Origin: an uncultured Wenzhouxiangella sp.
GTDB lineage: Bacteria > Pseudomonadota > Gammaproteobacteria > Xanthomonadales > Wenzhouxiangellaceae
DNA: 64,000 nucleotides
Direction of reading: 5' to 3'
Assembly (NCBI GenBank): GCA_964439915.1
Contig: CAYTQT010000008.1
Location: 10,399-74,398, forward strand
Shown here: in pieces, positions 25,500 to 35,312 of the stretch
Layout: the number at the start of each line of letters is the position of its first letter
Numbering within the stretch: the stretch's first letter is position 1
Notes under the pieces: model-generated
What the model was told of the DNA's origin: nothing
Databases searched by the model: none
The model's input: only the letters and a program-made list of their open reading frames with translations
Position numbers and translations under genes: made by a program

Positions 25500-26392
25500 A
25501 TCGGGCGTCTGAATACCAGCCGCGCCCAGTCGTCCCTGGAGGCCAGCACGGGACCGTCGAGAGGGTCCCGATAAGCCTGCGCCACCTCGTCGGTCTGCTC
25601 GACCAGGACACCCGACATGACCAGCGACGCCCCGGGCTTGAGACAGCCTGAAAGACGAGGCGCCAGATCGATCAATGGCCCGGCCAGGATATTGGCGAGG
25701 ACCAGTTCCACGGCGAGCGGCGCGAAGTCACCTGGCAGCAAGACCTCGATCCGATCCGACACCCCGTTTCTCCTGGCATTGTCTCGTGTCGCCTCGAGCG
25801 CCTGCGGGTCATGATCGACGGCGATGATCCGTGCCGCTCCCTGGAGGGCTGCGGCAATCGCCAGCACGCCCGAGCCGCAGCCGTAGTCGATCACGGTCTG
25901 ACGGTTCAGGTCCTGGCCGTCCAGCCATTCCAGGCAGAGCGCCGTGGTCGGGTGCGTACCGCTGCCGAAGGCCAGGCCGGGGTCGAGCTGAATCACCCTG
26001 GACCAGCTCGGGTCCGGATCGATATGGCTGGGACAGATCCACAGGTCCTGGCCGAACTGCATCGGCTGATAGGCGTCCATCCAGGCGCGAACCCAGTCGC
26101 GATCGGCCAGGGTCGAGATCCGGATGCCGGCCGCCTCGATCAGGATGCCCCGGGTAGACAACCGCGAGGCCAGGTGGATCGGGTCGGGGCTTGAATCGAA
26201 CAGCGCCTCGGCCAGCACCTGTGGCCACAGGAGACGCTCGCCAGGACCCGGTTCATGAACCGGATGATCCTCGGCATCGAGCAGGGTCACGGCCTGGGCG
26301 CCGGCCTCGAACAGGGCCTCTTCGGCGCGCTCGACCTGGCCCGGGTCGAGATCCAGACGGGCGAGAAACCAGGTTTCAGGGGAGGATCTCAT
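25475..26392 (-). CDS. prmA: Ribosomal protein L11 methyltransferase
   Basis: 305 aa. PrmA pattern: W...Y.P..FG..LWICPSH ... IQLDPGLAFGSGTHPTT ... VIDYGCGSGVLAIAA ... AVDHDPQALEAT..N ... LVLANILAGPL. Confidence 0.9.
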   Translation of the reverse strand: MRSSPETWFLARLDLDPGQVERAEEALFEAGAQAVTLLDAEDHPVHEPGPGERLLWPQVLAEALFDSSPDPIHLASRLSTRGILIEAAGIRISTLADRDWVRAWMDAYQPMQFGQDLWICPSHIDPDPSWSRVIQLDPGLAFGSGTHPTTALCLEWLDGQDLNRQTVIDYGCGSGVLAIAAALQGAARIIAVDHDPQALEATRDNARRNGVSDRIEVLLPGDFAPLAVELVLANILAGPLIDLAPRLSGCLKPGASLVMSGVLVEQTDEVAQAYRDPLDGPVLASRDDWARLVFRRPIQSPGGGP

Positions 26393-26402
26393 GGCTGGTC
26401 CT

Positions 26403-27134
26403 TCAACTCAGATCGCCCCAGCGTGCCTGAAGAGCCGAGAGCACGGCGGGCCCGGCGGTTTCAGTGCGCAGCACGCGCGGACCCATGCGCAGACCCCGGA
26501 AACCGAGCATGTCCAGAACGCGGATATCCTTCTCGCTGAATCCGCCCTCCGGGCCGACGGCCAGGACAATCGGCTGATCCGCGACCCGCTCCAGATCATT
26601 CAGGCCCTGCTCGGCCATAGGGTCGAGATACAGCCCCAGTCCGGGGCGCGAGTTCAGCTCGTTGAGCGCAAGCAGTGGACGAAGCTCCGGAATGCAGACC
26701 CGGCCACACTGCTCGCAGGCCGAAATGACGACGCTGTGCCAGTGGGCCAGGCGCTTTTCGGCGCGAGCTCCGGAGAGCCTGACTTCGGTGCGCTCGCTGA
26801 AGACCGGCTGGATGGCGGTTACCCCCAGCTCGACGGATTTCTGCAGCGCCCAGTCCATCCGATCGCCACGGCCGACGGCCTGGATCAGGGTGATGTCCAG
26901 CGGCGATTCGGTGTTCGGCTGATCGGTGCGGGTCAGCTCGACGCTGCAGCGCTCGCGCCCGGTCATAGCGCTGATGCGGCCCTGGTGCTCCCGGCCATCG
27001 CCGTTGAACAGCGTGACCAGATCGCCCTCGCGACGGCGCAGCACCCTGAGCAGGTGATGGGCCGGCGGTCCCTGCAGCTCGATGGTTTCGCCCACCTGCA
27101 TGGCCTGATCGCTGAACAGACGGATGCGCCGCAT
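26403..27134 (-). CDS. rsmE: 16S rRNA (uracil1498-N3)-methyltransferase
   Basis: 243 aa. MRRIRLFSD...HHLLRVLRRREGDLVTLFNGDG... and C-terminal VGPEGGFSEKDI...LGPRVLRTETAG match the RsmE family. Confidence 0.9.
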   Translation of the reverse strand: MRRIRLFSDQAMQVGETIELQGPPAHHLLRVLRRREGDLVTLFNGDGREHQGRISAMTGRERCSVELTRTDQPNTESPLDITLIQAVGRGDRMDWALQKSVELGVTAIQPVFSERTEVRLSGARAEKRLAHWHSVVISACEQCGRVCIPELRPLLALNELNSRPGLGLYLDPMAEQGLNDLERVADQPIVLAVGPEGGFSEKDIRVLDMLGFRGLRMGPRVLRTETAGPAVLSALQARWGDLS

Positions 27135-28501
27135 CAGGGCCGCGTGACCTGATCGATGGATTCGATTGCGGCGCGCGCCAGCCGATCGATCTCCTCCTCG
27201 GTGATCACGTAGGGCGGCATGAAATAGACCACGTTGCCGAGGGGGCGCAGGAGCATCTCGCGCTTCAGGGCCTGCTGATAGACCTGGATGCCACGGCGCT
27301 CCGCCCAGGGGTAGGGCTGGCCGTTGGCCTGGCCCATCTCCATGGCCAGAATCATCCCGTGCTGGCGGATGTCGAGGATGTTGGGGTGGTCCTCGAGCTC
27401 GGCGACCTGCTCGCGCATGCGGCGCGCCTTGACCCGATTATCGGCCAGGACGTCGCCGGCCTCGAACAGGTCGAGCGTGGCCAGCGCGGCCGCACAGCAC
27501 AGGGCGTTGCCGGTGTAGCTGTGCGAATGCATGAAGCCCCGGGTCAGGTCGTAGTCGTGGTAGAAGGCCTGGTAGACCTCCTCGGTGGTCAGTACCGTCG
27601 AGAGCGGAAGAAAGCCTCCGGTCAGTCCCTTGGACAGGCACATGAAGTCGGGCCGGATCCCGGCCTGTTCGCAGGCAAACAGGGTGCCGGTGCGCCCGAA
27701 ACCGACGGCGATCTCATCGGCGATCAGATGCACACCATAGCGATCGCAGGCCGCGCGCAGCTTCTCCAGATAGACCGGGTGATACATGCGCATACCGCCG
27801 GCGCACTGGACCAGCGGCTCGACGATGACCGCGGCGATCTCGCCGTGTCGTTCGGCGAGCAGCGCTTCCATCTGCTGAAATCTGAGCTGACTGTGATCCG
27901 CCCAGCTCGCGCCGGGCTCGCGCTCGAAGCAGTCGGGTGACTCGACGACGATCGGCTCGAGGAGCAGGGGCTGGTAGATGTCACGGTACAGGCCGACATC
28001 GCCGACCGCCAGTGCACCGAGGGTCTCGCCGTGGTAGCTGCCGGACAGGCAGACGAAGCGGGTCTTGCTTGATTGGCCGTTGTTGAGCCAGTAGTGAAAC
28101 GACATCTTCAGGGCGATCTCGACCGCCGCTGATCCGGAGTCGGCGTAGAAGACGCGGGACAGGCCGGGCGGGGCGAGCTGGCAGAGCCGCTCGGCCAGTT
28201 CCACCGCGGGCGCATGGCTGAAGCCTGCCAGTATCACGTGTTCGAGTTCGCGCGCCTGGGCGGCGATCCTCCCGGCAATGGTCTCGTTGGCGTGACCGAA
28301 CAGGTTGACCCACCAGGAGCTGATCGCATCGAGATAGCGATTGCCGTCATGGTCTTCCAGCCAGACGCCCTGGCCGCGACGGATCGGAACCATCGGCAGC
28401 CACTCATGGTCTTTCATCTGTGAGCACGGGTGCCAGACCCGCGCCAGATCGCGCTCGCGCCAGGATTGATTGCTCATCGCGGATTGATCATGGTGAAGCA
28501 T
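27134..28501 (-). CDS. bioA: Adenosylmethionine-8-amino-7-oxononanoate aminotransferase
   Basis: 455 aa. WHPCSQMKD, SSWWVNLFGH, FYADSGSAAVEIALKM, ADEIAVGFGRTGTLFACE, and LSKGLTGGFLPLS (PLP-Lys). Its stop shares one base with the rsmE start (TGATG). Confidence 0.9.
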   Translation of the reverse strand: MLHHDQSAMSNQSWRERDLARVWHPCSQMKDHEWLPMVPIRRGQGVWLEDHDGNRYLDAISSWWVNLFGHANETIAGRIAAQARELEHVILAGFSHAPAVELAERLCQLAPPGLSRVFYADSGSAAVEIALKMSFHYWLNNGQSSKTRFVCLSGSYHGETLGALAVGDVGLYRDIYQPLLLEPIVVESPDCFEREPGASWADHSQLRFQQMEALLAERHGEIAAVIVEPLVQCAGGMRMYHPVYLEKLRAACDRYGVHLIADEIAVGFGRTGTLFACEQAGIRPDFMCLSKGLTGGFLPLSTVLTTEEVYQAFYHDYDLTRGFMHSHSYTGNALCCAAALATLDLFEAGDVLADNRVKARRMREQVAELEDHPNILDIRQHGMILAMEMGQANGQPYPWAERRGIQVYQQALKREMLLRPLGNVVYFMPPYVITEEEIDRLARAAIESIDQVTRP

Positions 28502-28655
28502 TCATCGGTAGTCGTTCCAGCCGCCGAGATGTCGCGCCTGCATTGGCACCCTGACCGACTTCGGTGGTGGGTGTCAGGGCGCTCGCGTCGGCGTATCATG
28601 GTCGGATGGAATTCAACAATCTTCCGAAAGAAACAGGCGGACAAGGTAGCAGAGA

Positions 28656-29090
28656 ATGAGCGCATTTCGCAGCCGCGCAGCGGGTTTTTCGCTGATCGAG
28701 ATTCTGGTCGTTGTCGTGATCATCGGCATTCTGGCCGCGGTGGTCGTGCCGCGGGTGATGGATGAGCCGGATCGGGCTCGCGTGACCAAGGCTGCTCAGG
28801 ATGTGCAGGCCCTGGTCACCGGGCTCAATATGTACAAGCTCGACAACTACCAGTATCCCTCCACCGAGCAGGGCCTGGAGGCGCTGGTCCGCCGACCGTC
28901 AGGCCAGCCCGAGGCACCGAACTGGAAATCCGGCGGCTATATCGACCGACTTCCGATGGATCCCTGGGGCAGACCCTATCAGTATCTCAATCCGGGCCTG
29001 AAGGGGGAGATCGATGTCTGGTCGTTCGGCGCCAACGGCATGCCGGGCGGCGAGGGGATCAATGCCGAGATCGGAAACTGGGAGGATTGA
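28656..29090 (+). CDS. gspG: Type II secretion system major pseudopilin GspG
   Basis: 144 aa. Prepilin leader and cleavage motif (AGFSLIEILVVVVIIGILAAVVVP). DPWGRPYQYLNPG matches the GspG consensus. Confidence 0.93.
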   Translation: MSAFRSRAAGFSLIEILVVVVIIGILAAVVVPRVMDEPDRARVTKAAQDVQALVTGLNMYKLDNYQYPSTEQGLEALVRRPSGQPEAPNWKSGGYIDRLPMDPWGRPYQYLNPGLKGEIDVWSFGANGMPGGEGINAEIGNWED

Positions 29091-29097
29091 GGTCCCG

Positions 29098-29631
29098 ATG
29101 CGCTCGGCGCGCGGCTTCACGCTGATCGAGGTGCTGGTGGTGCTTGCCATCGCCGCGACCCTGACCACGCTGGTTGTTCTTCGTTTCGGCACCTGGCAGG
29201 ACCCGGATGATCCGCAGCGCATCCTCGAGCGGCTTGCCGCACGAATCGACCACCAATGCGAGCAGGCGCTGTTCCAGTCGCGCCCGCGCGGCCTCAGACT
29301 CACGGCCCGTGGCTATGACGTCTGGCAGGGCGGGCCCGATGGCTGGCAGCCGCTGCCCCAGCAGGGGCCGGATCAGGCGCAGTCGATCCCCCGTTCGCTG
29401 GAGTTTGCCCTGGAGCTGGGCGGCTATCCGGTCGATCTGCCCGATCCAGGTGCTGGTCCTGATTCGGCCCGCGAGAGCGGCGAGTCCGGGTCGATCAGTC
29501 CCCAGCTCATCTGTCAACCGCTCGGCGAGTTGACGCCGTTTCGCCTGACCCTGACCGAAGCCCAGGGCGAGCCCTGGACTCTCGAAGGCGATGCCAGCGG
29601 TCGCCTGACGCTGCCACAGGATCGGCCATGA
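29098..29631 (+). CDS. gspH: Type II secretion minor pseudopilin GspH
   Basis: MRSARGFTLIEVLVVLAIAATL prepilin-type N-terminus. Position directly after gspG. 177 aa. Confidence 0.8.
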   Translation: MRSARGFTLIEVLVVLAIAATLTTLVVLRFGTWQDPDDPQRILERLAARIDHQCEQALFQSRPRGLRLTARGYDVWQGGPDGWQPLPQQGPDQAQSIPRSLEFALELGGYPVDLPDPGAGPDSARESGESGSISPQLICQPLGELTPFRLTLTEAQGEPWTLEGDASGRLTLPQDRP

Positions 29632-29996
29632 GTCGCGGCTCTGGTGCCGCCGGTTTCACGCTGCTCGAGGTGCTGGTCGCGCTTCTGGTCGTCGCCATCG
29701 CGGTGGCCGCACTCGGCCGGGTCGGCGCCCAGGGCCTGGATGCGCAGGCCGAGGCAGAAGCCCGGACGATGGCGCTGTGGGTGGCCGACAACGCGATTTC
29801 CGAGCTCAGGCTGGAGGCCAATGTACCGGCCGATCGGCGCTCCGGTACCAGCCGGATGGGGGATCGCAGCTGGTACTGGGATGCCCTGATTCAACCGGCA
29901 CCCGGAGAACAGATGCTGCGGGTCGATATTCTGGTCTATGCCGAGGCCGGTCGCGAATCGCCCGTCCTCAGCCATACCGGGTTCCTGCCGCTATGA
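29628..29996 (+). CDS. gspI: Type II secretion minor pseudopilin GspI
   Basis: GFTLLEVLVALLVVAIAVAAL N-terminus. 122 aa. 4-nt overlap with gspH. Confidence 0.85.
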   Translation: MSRGSGAAGFTLLEVLVALLVVAIAVAALGRVGAQGLDAQAEAEARTMALWVADNAISELRLEANVPADRRSGTSRMGDRSWYWDALIQPAPGEQMLRVDILVYAEAGRESPVLSHTGFLPL

Positions 29997-30592
29997 CTTG
30001 GCGCAGCTTCGCAAGCCCCAGCCGGGGATATACCCTGATCGAAGTGCTCGTGGCAGTGCTGGTATTTGCGGTGCTTGCCGCCAGCGCCTACAGCGCGCTC
30101 GATGCGCTGTCGCGAGCGACGACCTCGCATCGCGATCACGCCGCAGAGCTGGCCGCCCTGCAGCTGGGCGTGACCCGCCTGACCGCCGATATCCGTCAGC
30201 TCAGTCATCGCCGCGCCCGCAATGGTTTCGGTCAGACCGGACCCGCCTTGAGTGGCTCGCTGACCGGGCTGGAGGGCATGCGGGTCGGCTGGGCCAATCC
30301 GAATGAGCTGCGGCGCAGCCAGCTTCAGCGCTTCGCCTGGCAGTTCGACGGCCAGGACCTGATTCGCCTGGCCTGGCCGGTGACCGATCCTGCGCCCGGC
30401 GTGGTACCGGTGCCGGAGACGATCGACCTGGCGGTCCGCGACCTGCGCCTGGCCTACCGGGATCGAAATGGCGGCTGGCACGATCAATGGCCGCCCCGAA
30501 CAGCCAGCGATCAGGCGCTTCCTGTCGCCGTCGAGGTGCTTCTCGAGACCGATCGCTTCGGTTCGGTTCGACGGCTGTTGCTGCTCGAATGA
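29993..30592 (+). CDS. gspJ: Type II secretion minor pseudopilin GspJ
   Basis: RGYTLIEVLVAVLVFAVLAASAY N-terminus. 199 aa. ATGA overlap with gspI. Confidence 0.85.
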   Translation: MTWRSFASPSRGYTLIEVLVAVLVFAVLAASAYSALDALSRATTSHRDHAAELAALQLGVTRLTADIRQLSHRRARNGFGQTGPALSGSLTGLEGMRVGWANPNELRRSQLQRFAWQFDGQDLIRLAWPVTDPAPGVVPVPETIDLAVRDLRLAYRDRNGGWHDQWPPRTASDQALPVAVEVLLETDRFGSVRRLLLLE

Positions 30593-31542
30593 TGGCCGGG
30601 CGACGACGTTCTCCATCGATCCGCCCCGCCCGCCAGCGCGGAGCCGCGCTCCTGATCGCTCTGGTCGTGGCGGCCCTGGCCAGCATCCTGGCACTGAGCG
30701 TGATCGAGCGCGGGCAGTCGACGATGGCCCGAACCCAGGCGGTTCTGGATAGCGAGCGCGCCTATCAGTACGCGCTCGGCATGGAACTGCTGGCCCGTGA
30801 TCTGATCGATCAGGCGCGAGCCGAGGGTGCTGACCCGGAGATGCTCAACGGCAACTGGACGCCGGTGTTCCAGGTCCCGGGTGGTCGCGTTCAGGGCCGG
30901 CTGCTGGACCAGCAGGCGCGCTTCAACCTGAACGCACTGGCCCATCCGGATGCGGCCACGCGCGAAGACGCTCTGCAGATCCTCGAGCGGCTGCTCGATC
31001 TGCTTGGTCTGGACGCGGTGATCGCGCTTGAGCTGGCCGACTGGGTCGAGGGTGCTGCGGTGGCCCGCCCCGGCAGCGCCGGCAACAGCGTCTATGCCGG
31101 TTTTCGTCCCCCCTACCGCATGGCCGGCGTGGCCCTGGCCCACCCCAGCGAGCTGCGCTGGTTGCGCAGCATGACGCCGCAGGCCTATGCACTTCTGTCG
31201 ACCTACATCACGACGCTGTCCGAGCCCGATCTGCGCGTCAACATCAACACCGCATCACCGCCGGTGCTCGCCGCGCTGATTCCGGAGATGTCGCTCGAGC
31301 AGGCCGAACGCGTCCTGGCCGACGGCCCCTGGCGGGAACTGCGCGATTTTCTGGCCCACCCGGTCCTGCAGATGCAGCCGATCGCCGATATCGAGCTGCG
31401 GCGCAGGATCAGTATCACCAGCGAGGACTATCTCGCCCAGGCAAGAGTCACTCTGGGCGGGGTCGAGCGTGACTACTTCGGACTGATCCAGCTGGGGGGA
31501 ACGGGTTATGATTTCCGCTGGTTCAGCCAGGGTGTCCCCTGA
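30589..31542 (+). CDS. gspK: Type II secretion minor pseudopilin GspK
   Basis: QRGAALLIALVVAALASILAL N-terminus. 317 aa. LRVNINTASPPVLAAL helix-hairpin-helix-like segment is typical of GspK. Confidence 0.85.
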   Translation: MMAGRRRSPSIRPARQRGAALLIALVVAALASILALSVIERGQSTMARTQAVLDSERAYQYALGMELLARDLIDQARAEGADPEMLNGNWTPVFQVPGGRVQGRLLDQQARFNLNALAHPDAATREDALQILERLLDLLGLDAVIALELADWVEGAAVARPGSAGNSVYAGFRPPYRMAGVALAHPSELRWLRSMTPQAYALLSTYITTLSEPDLRVNINTASPPVLAALIPEMSLEQAERVLADGPWRELRDFLAHPVLQMQPIADIELRRRISITSEDYLAQARVTLGGVERDYFGLIQLGGTGYDFRWFSQGVP

Positions 31543-31544
31543 CC

Positions 31545-32711
31545 ATGACGGCTTCAAGTGAGCGCCAAGTGATTCTGCATGCGGGTGCGATGCGCTGGGC
31601 ATGGCGCCGCCTGGGGCGGGACCTCGAGGTGCAGAGTCAGGGCGAGTCGCCGCCCGGGGTCGTGGGATGGGCCTCGTCGGCACCCGTGCGCGTTCTTGTC
31701 GATGCCTCCCAGTGTCTCGGGCTTCGCCTCGAGCTGCCCCGAATGAGCGCATCGAAACAGGCCCAGGCATTGCGCTGGGCGGCCGAAGAGCATCTGGCCA
31801 GCTCGGCCGAGGATGAACATGTCGTGGCCGGGCCGCGGGACGATGCCGACCGACTGTGCTGTGTCGTGATCGGGCAGGCCCCGATGCATGACCTGATGGC
31901 GGCGCTCCACGGTCAGGCGGTCGAGCAGGTGGTGCCCGACGCGCTCTGCCTGCCCTACCAGCAGGGGCATGTCAGCCTGGCGGCCCTAGAATCGCGGATA
32001 CTGGCGCGCTGGGGTGACTGGGAGTTCGGCAGTTTCGAGCCGGAGCTGATTACCGAGCTGTTGTCCGCCCTGCCCGGTGAGCCGACGCTGGACTGGTTCG
32101 GCGGTGCGCTGCCCGAAGCCCTGCAGTCGCTTCCGCTCGAGCACCGCAGCAGTGATGCCCTTGATGTCCTTGCCCGGGGCCTGACCACTGCCCCGATCAA
32201 TCTGCTGACCGGGGACTACGCATCGGACAGCAGCCAGGTGGCCCGTTCCTACTGGCGCTATGCCGGGATCGCAGCGGTCATCACCACCGTGCTGGCCCTG
32301 GGCGGCGCCTTTCTCGAACTCAAGATGCTCGAGCATCGGTCGGCCGATCTGGCGACCGAGCTGGATGCTCAGTTCGCAGCTGCTTTCCCCGGTGTGCCGC
32401 CTGCCGGTCGGCATCTCGAGCAGGCGCAGCGCCAGCTCTCTGGCCTGCGCTTCGGTGAAGCGGCCGGACTGCTGGATCTGATGAACCGGGCCGCGCCGGT
32501 GATTGCCGGTCAATCCGCTCTGGTGCTGGATGCCATGAGCTTTCGCGAGGGCCGGCTCGAGTTTGTCGTGCGCGCCGCCGATGGTGCCGCGCTGGAGAAT
32601 CTGGCCAGGCGGCTGCGCGCGCTGAGCCTGGAGGCCGAGCTGCAGTCGCTTCGCCTGGAGGAGGGTGGTGCGAGTGGGCGCCTGCTGTTGACTCAGGCGG
32701 GCGGTGTATGA
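31545..32711 (+). CDS. gspL: Type II secretion system protein GspL
   Basis: 388 aa with a single central TM (YAGIAAVITTVLALGGAFL). Assigned by size and position between gspK and gspM. Confidence 0.75.
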   Translation: MTASSERQVILHAGAMRWAWRRLGRDLEVQSQGESPPGVVGWASSAPVRVLVDASQCLGLRLELPRMSASKQAQALRWAAEEHLASSAEDEHVVAGPRDDADRLCCVVIGQAPMHDLMAALHGQAVEQVVPDALCLPYQQGHVSLAALESRILARWGDWEFGSFEPELITELLSALPGEPTLDWFGGALPEALQSLPLEHRSSDALDVLARGLTTAPINLLTGDYASDSSQVARSYWRYAGIAAVITTVLALGGAFLELKMLEHRSADLATELDAQFAAAFPGVPPAGRHLEQAQRQLSGLRFGEAAGLLDLMNRAAPVIAGQSALVLDAMSFREGRLEFVVRAADGAALENLARRLRALSLEAELQSLRLEEGGASGRLLLTQAGGV

Positions 32712-33193
32712 AGGACTGGTTCCAGCAGCTCGAGGCGCGCCAGCGCATCGTCCTGATGGCCGCGGCGCTCGTGCTGTTCGGCCTGTTTCTGTTCGTCCAG
32801 GTCTGGGAGCCGATCAAGCAGGCCAGTGCCATGGAGCGCGAGCGTATCGCGCAGCAGCAGGCTCTGCTGGACTGGCTGGTGGCGATCACGCCGATGGCCC
32901 GGCAGCTCCAGCAGCAGCGAATGACCCAGCGCCGTGACAGCGACCAGTCCCTGCTCGGCCTGGCCGATCAGACGGCGCGTGCAGCCGGACTGGCCTCGGC
33001 CCTGACCCGGATTGAACCGGCCGGCCAGGACCAGGTGCGCGTCTGGCTCGACAATGCCGATTTCATTCGCATGATGGGCTGGCTTCAGCAGCTCTCCAGT
33101 CAGCATCCGGTCGACGTCGACCAGATGTCCGCCGATCGCGCCTCTGGCGAGGGTCGAGTCAATGTCCGAGTCACGTTGAGCGAGGATGCGTAG
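32708..33193 (+). CDS. gspM: Type II secretion system protein GspM
   Basis: 161 aa. N-terminal W...L..RERIVLMAAALVLFGLFLF TM pattern is typical of GspM. 4-nt overlap with gspL. Confidence 0.8.
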   Translation: MKDWFQQLEARQRIVLMAAALVLFGLFLFVQVWEPIKQASAMERERIAQQQALLDWLVAITPMARQLQQQRMTQRRDSDQSLLGLADQTARAAGLASALTRIEPAGQDQVRVWLDNADFIRMMGWLQQLSSQHPVDVDQMSADRASGEGRVNVRVTLSEDA

Positions 33194-33923
33194 GCTTTTT
33201 CTTGTCGCCCTGCTGGTGCTGCCCGTGATCGTGCTCCTGACCCTGCCGGCCGGACTGGTGATCCCGCGTTTCGATCCACCGGCGGCGCTCGGCCAGTACG
33301 GCGGGACCGTCTGGTCCGGTCATGCGCGCTGGCGCCAGGCCGGCCAGGTGCCGATGACCCTGAGCTGGAACTGGTCATGGCCCTGGCGCTGGCACTGGGA
33401 AGCCGCCGATGGCGTCAGCCGAATCCAGGGGCAGTGGCGGCCGGGGCAGGGCATCGACCTGAGCCAGGTTGCCGGAAGCCTGGCGATCCAGCGACTGGAT
33501 CTGGCGGCCTGGTTGCCCCTGAGCCCGCCCCAGGGCGTTCTCCGCCTGGAGCTGGAATCGGTTCGAATTCCCCAGGCCGGAGCCCCCCGCATCGTGGGTG
33601 TCGCGGTCTGGGAGGACGCGCGACTGGCTGGCGTGGTGCAGGAGGACCTGGGGCAGATCCAGGTCCGATTCGAGCCACCCCAGGCGGGCCCCGAGGAACG
33701 TCAGACTGCCCGGATACAGAGCCTGGCTGCCGCAGCCGTCATGGTGCAGGGATCGATCGAATTCGGCACCAGGACCTATGATGTCGATCTCTGGTTGCAG
33801 GCCAGTCCCGATCGCCCCGACCTGGCCGGTCAGCTCGGCAGTCTGGGCGAGCGTCAGCCCGACGGCCGGGTCCGGATTCGACTGCAGGGCGCCTCGGGCC
33901 TCGACCCAACCGACTTGAACTGA
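33186..33923 (+). CDS. gspN: Type II secretion system protein GspN
   Basis: 245 aa with an N-terminal TM (LFLVALLVLPVIVLLTL). Assigned by its position at the end of the gsp block; this is the weakest sequence support in the block. Confidence 0.65.
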   Translation: MRRLFLVALLVLPVIVLLTLPAGLVIPRFDPPAALGQYGGTVWSGHARWRQAGQVPMTLSWNWSWPWRWHWEAADGVSRIQGQWRPGQGIDLSQVAGSLAIQRLDLAAWLPLSPPQGVLRLELESVRIPQAGAPRIVGVAVWEDARLAGVVQEDLGQIQVRFEPPQAGPEERQTARIQSLAAAAVMVQGSIEFGTRTYDVDLWLQASPDRPDLAGQLGSLGERQPDGRVRIRLQGASGLDPTDLN

Positions 33924-33947
33924 TCAGACAGGGAGCAAGAAACACCA

Positions 33948-34718
33948 ATGCGCATTGATCTACAGCAGGCTCTGGCGGCGGCCACTCGAGCCGCCAGGCA
34001 GGCCGATCAGATCGCCATGCAGTACTTCAACGGCGAGCTCGAAGTCGAGCGCAAGTCGGACGCCAGCCCGGTCACGGAAGCGGATCGAGCCTGCGAGCGG
34101 GCGATCCGGGCAATCCTCCTGGAGGCCTTCCCTGAACACGCGATCCACGGAGAGGAATACGGCCAGAAAGGTCAGGGCAATGTGCTCTGGCTGGTCGATC
34201 CGATCGACGGTACCCGCAGTTTCATCCGTGGTCTGCCCTTCTGGTCGGTGCAGATCGCCCTGATGGTCGACGATGAGCTGGTGCTGGGCGTGTCCTCGGC
34301 GCCGGCCTTCGGCGAACAGGCCTGGGCCATCGCGGGGCAGGGCGCCTATGTCAACGGCCGGCGGGTCGAGTGCCGGGGCTGTGAGTCGATCGAGGCCGCC
34401 GATCTGAGTTTCGGAAATCTGCGCACGCTTGCGCGCGGTCCGGACTGGGCCTGGGCGGGTCAGCTGTTTTCGCGTGCGGCTCGCAGTCGGGCCTATGGCG
34501 ATTTCTATTCCTATCACCGTCTGGCCGATGGTGGCCAGGATGCCGTGATCGAGAGCGACGTCAATATCCTCGATATCGCGGCACTGACCGTTCTGGTCCG
34601 CGAGGCCGGTGCCGTGATCACCGACCTGGAAGGCGCGCCGATCGGGCTCGAGACCACCTCCATCCTCGCCGCTGGTCCCGCGCTTCATGCCCGGTTGCTA
34701 TCCTCGAAGCATGAATGA
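33948..34718 (+). CDS. Inositol-monophosphatase-family phosphatase (HisN/SuhB/CysQ-like)
   Basis: PVTEADRACE, HGEE, WLVDPIDGTRSFIRGLPFW, and DFYSYHRLADGGQDAVIESDVNILDIAA are IMPase-fold signatures. Confidence 0.8.
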   Translation: MRIDLQQALAAATRAARQADQIAMQYFNGELEVERKSDASPVTEADRACERAIRAILLEAFPEHAIHGEEYGQKGQGNVLWLVDPIDGTRSFIRGLPFWSVQIALMVDDELVLGVSSAPAFGEQAWAIAGQGAYVNGRRVECRGCESIEAADLSFGNLRTLARGPDWAWAGQLFSRAARSRAYGDFYSYHRLADGGQDAVIESDVNILDIAALTVLVREAGAVITDLEGAPIGLETTSILAAGPALHARLLSSKHE

Positions 34719-35274
34719 ACTCAAGCCCAAGACCCTGCCGATCATTCACGAGCTGCGAGAGCGCCGGCCCGCTGATCTGTTCAAGGTCGAACAACTCGAT
34801 CTCGAATTCTCCAACGGCGAGCGACGAACCTATGAGCGCCTGAAAAGCCGCGGCCTCGGCGCAGTCATCATCGCCGCCATGCCCGATGACGATCACGTGC
34901 TGCTGATTCGTGAATACGCCTGCGGTGTGCATCGCTACGAACTGGGCCTGCCCAAGGGGCGGCTCGAGCCCGGGGAAGACCACCTGACCGGCGCCAACCG
35001 GGAACTGCAGGAAGAATGCGGTTATGCAGCCCGTGATCTTCGCGACATCGGTCGCCTGACCCTGGCGCCGGGATACATGACCCACGCGACCCACGTGGTT
35101 CTGGCCCGCGATCTCTACCCGTCGCGCCTGCCCGGTGATGAGCCTGAAGCGCTGGATGTGATCCACTGGCCGCTGGACCGTCTCTCCGAGCTGGTCCAGC
35201 GTGATGACTGCACCGAAGGTCGAACGATTGCTGCGCTGTACATGGCCCGGGATCTGGCTCGCCTCGACCGCTGA
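34711..35274 (+). CDS. nudE: ADP compounds hydrolase NudE (NUDIX)
   Basis: Aligns along its length with E. coli NudE as recalled: LFKVEQLDLEFSNGERRTYERL..., Nudix box GRLEPGEDHLTGANRELQEECGY, DLYPSRLPGDEPEALDVIHWPL. Confidence 0.85.
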   Translation: MNELKPKTLPIIHELRERRPADLFKVEQLDLEFSNGERRTYERLKSRGLGAVIIAAMPDDDHVLLIREYACGVHRYELGLPKGRLEPGEDHLTGANRELQEECGYAARDLRDIGRLTLAPGYMTHATHVVLARDLYPSRLPGDEPEALDVIHWPLDRLSELVQRDDCTEGRTIAALYMARDLARLDR

Positions 35275-35312
35275 ACCCCCGGCGAACTGCGGATCGCCGG
35301 TGCCTGAGAGGA

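Noticed and set aside
28502-28655. BirA operator (bioO) in the bioA-gspG divergent region.
   Set aside because: No TTGTAAACC-type inverted repeat is present. Only an imperfect ccctgac/gtcaggg pairing was seen, which is insufficient to call a site.
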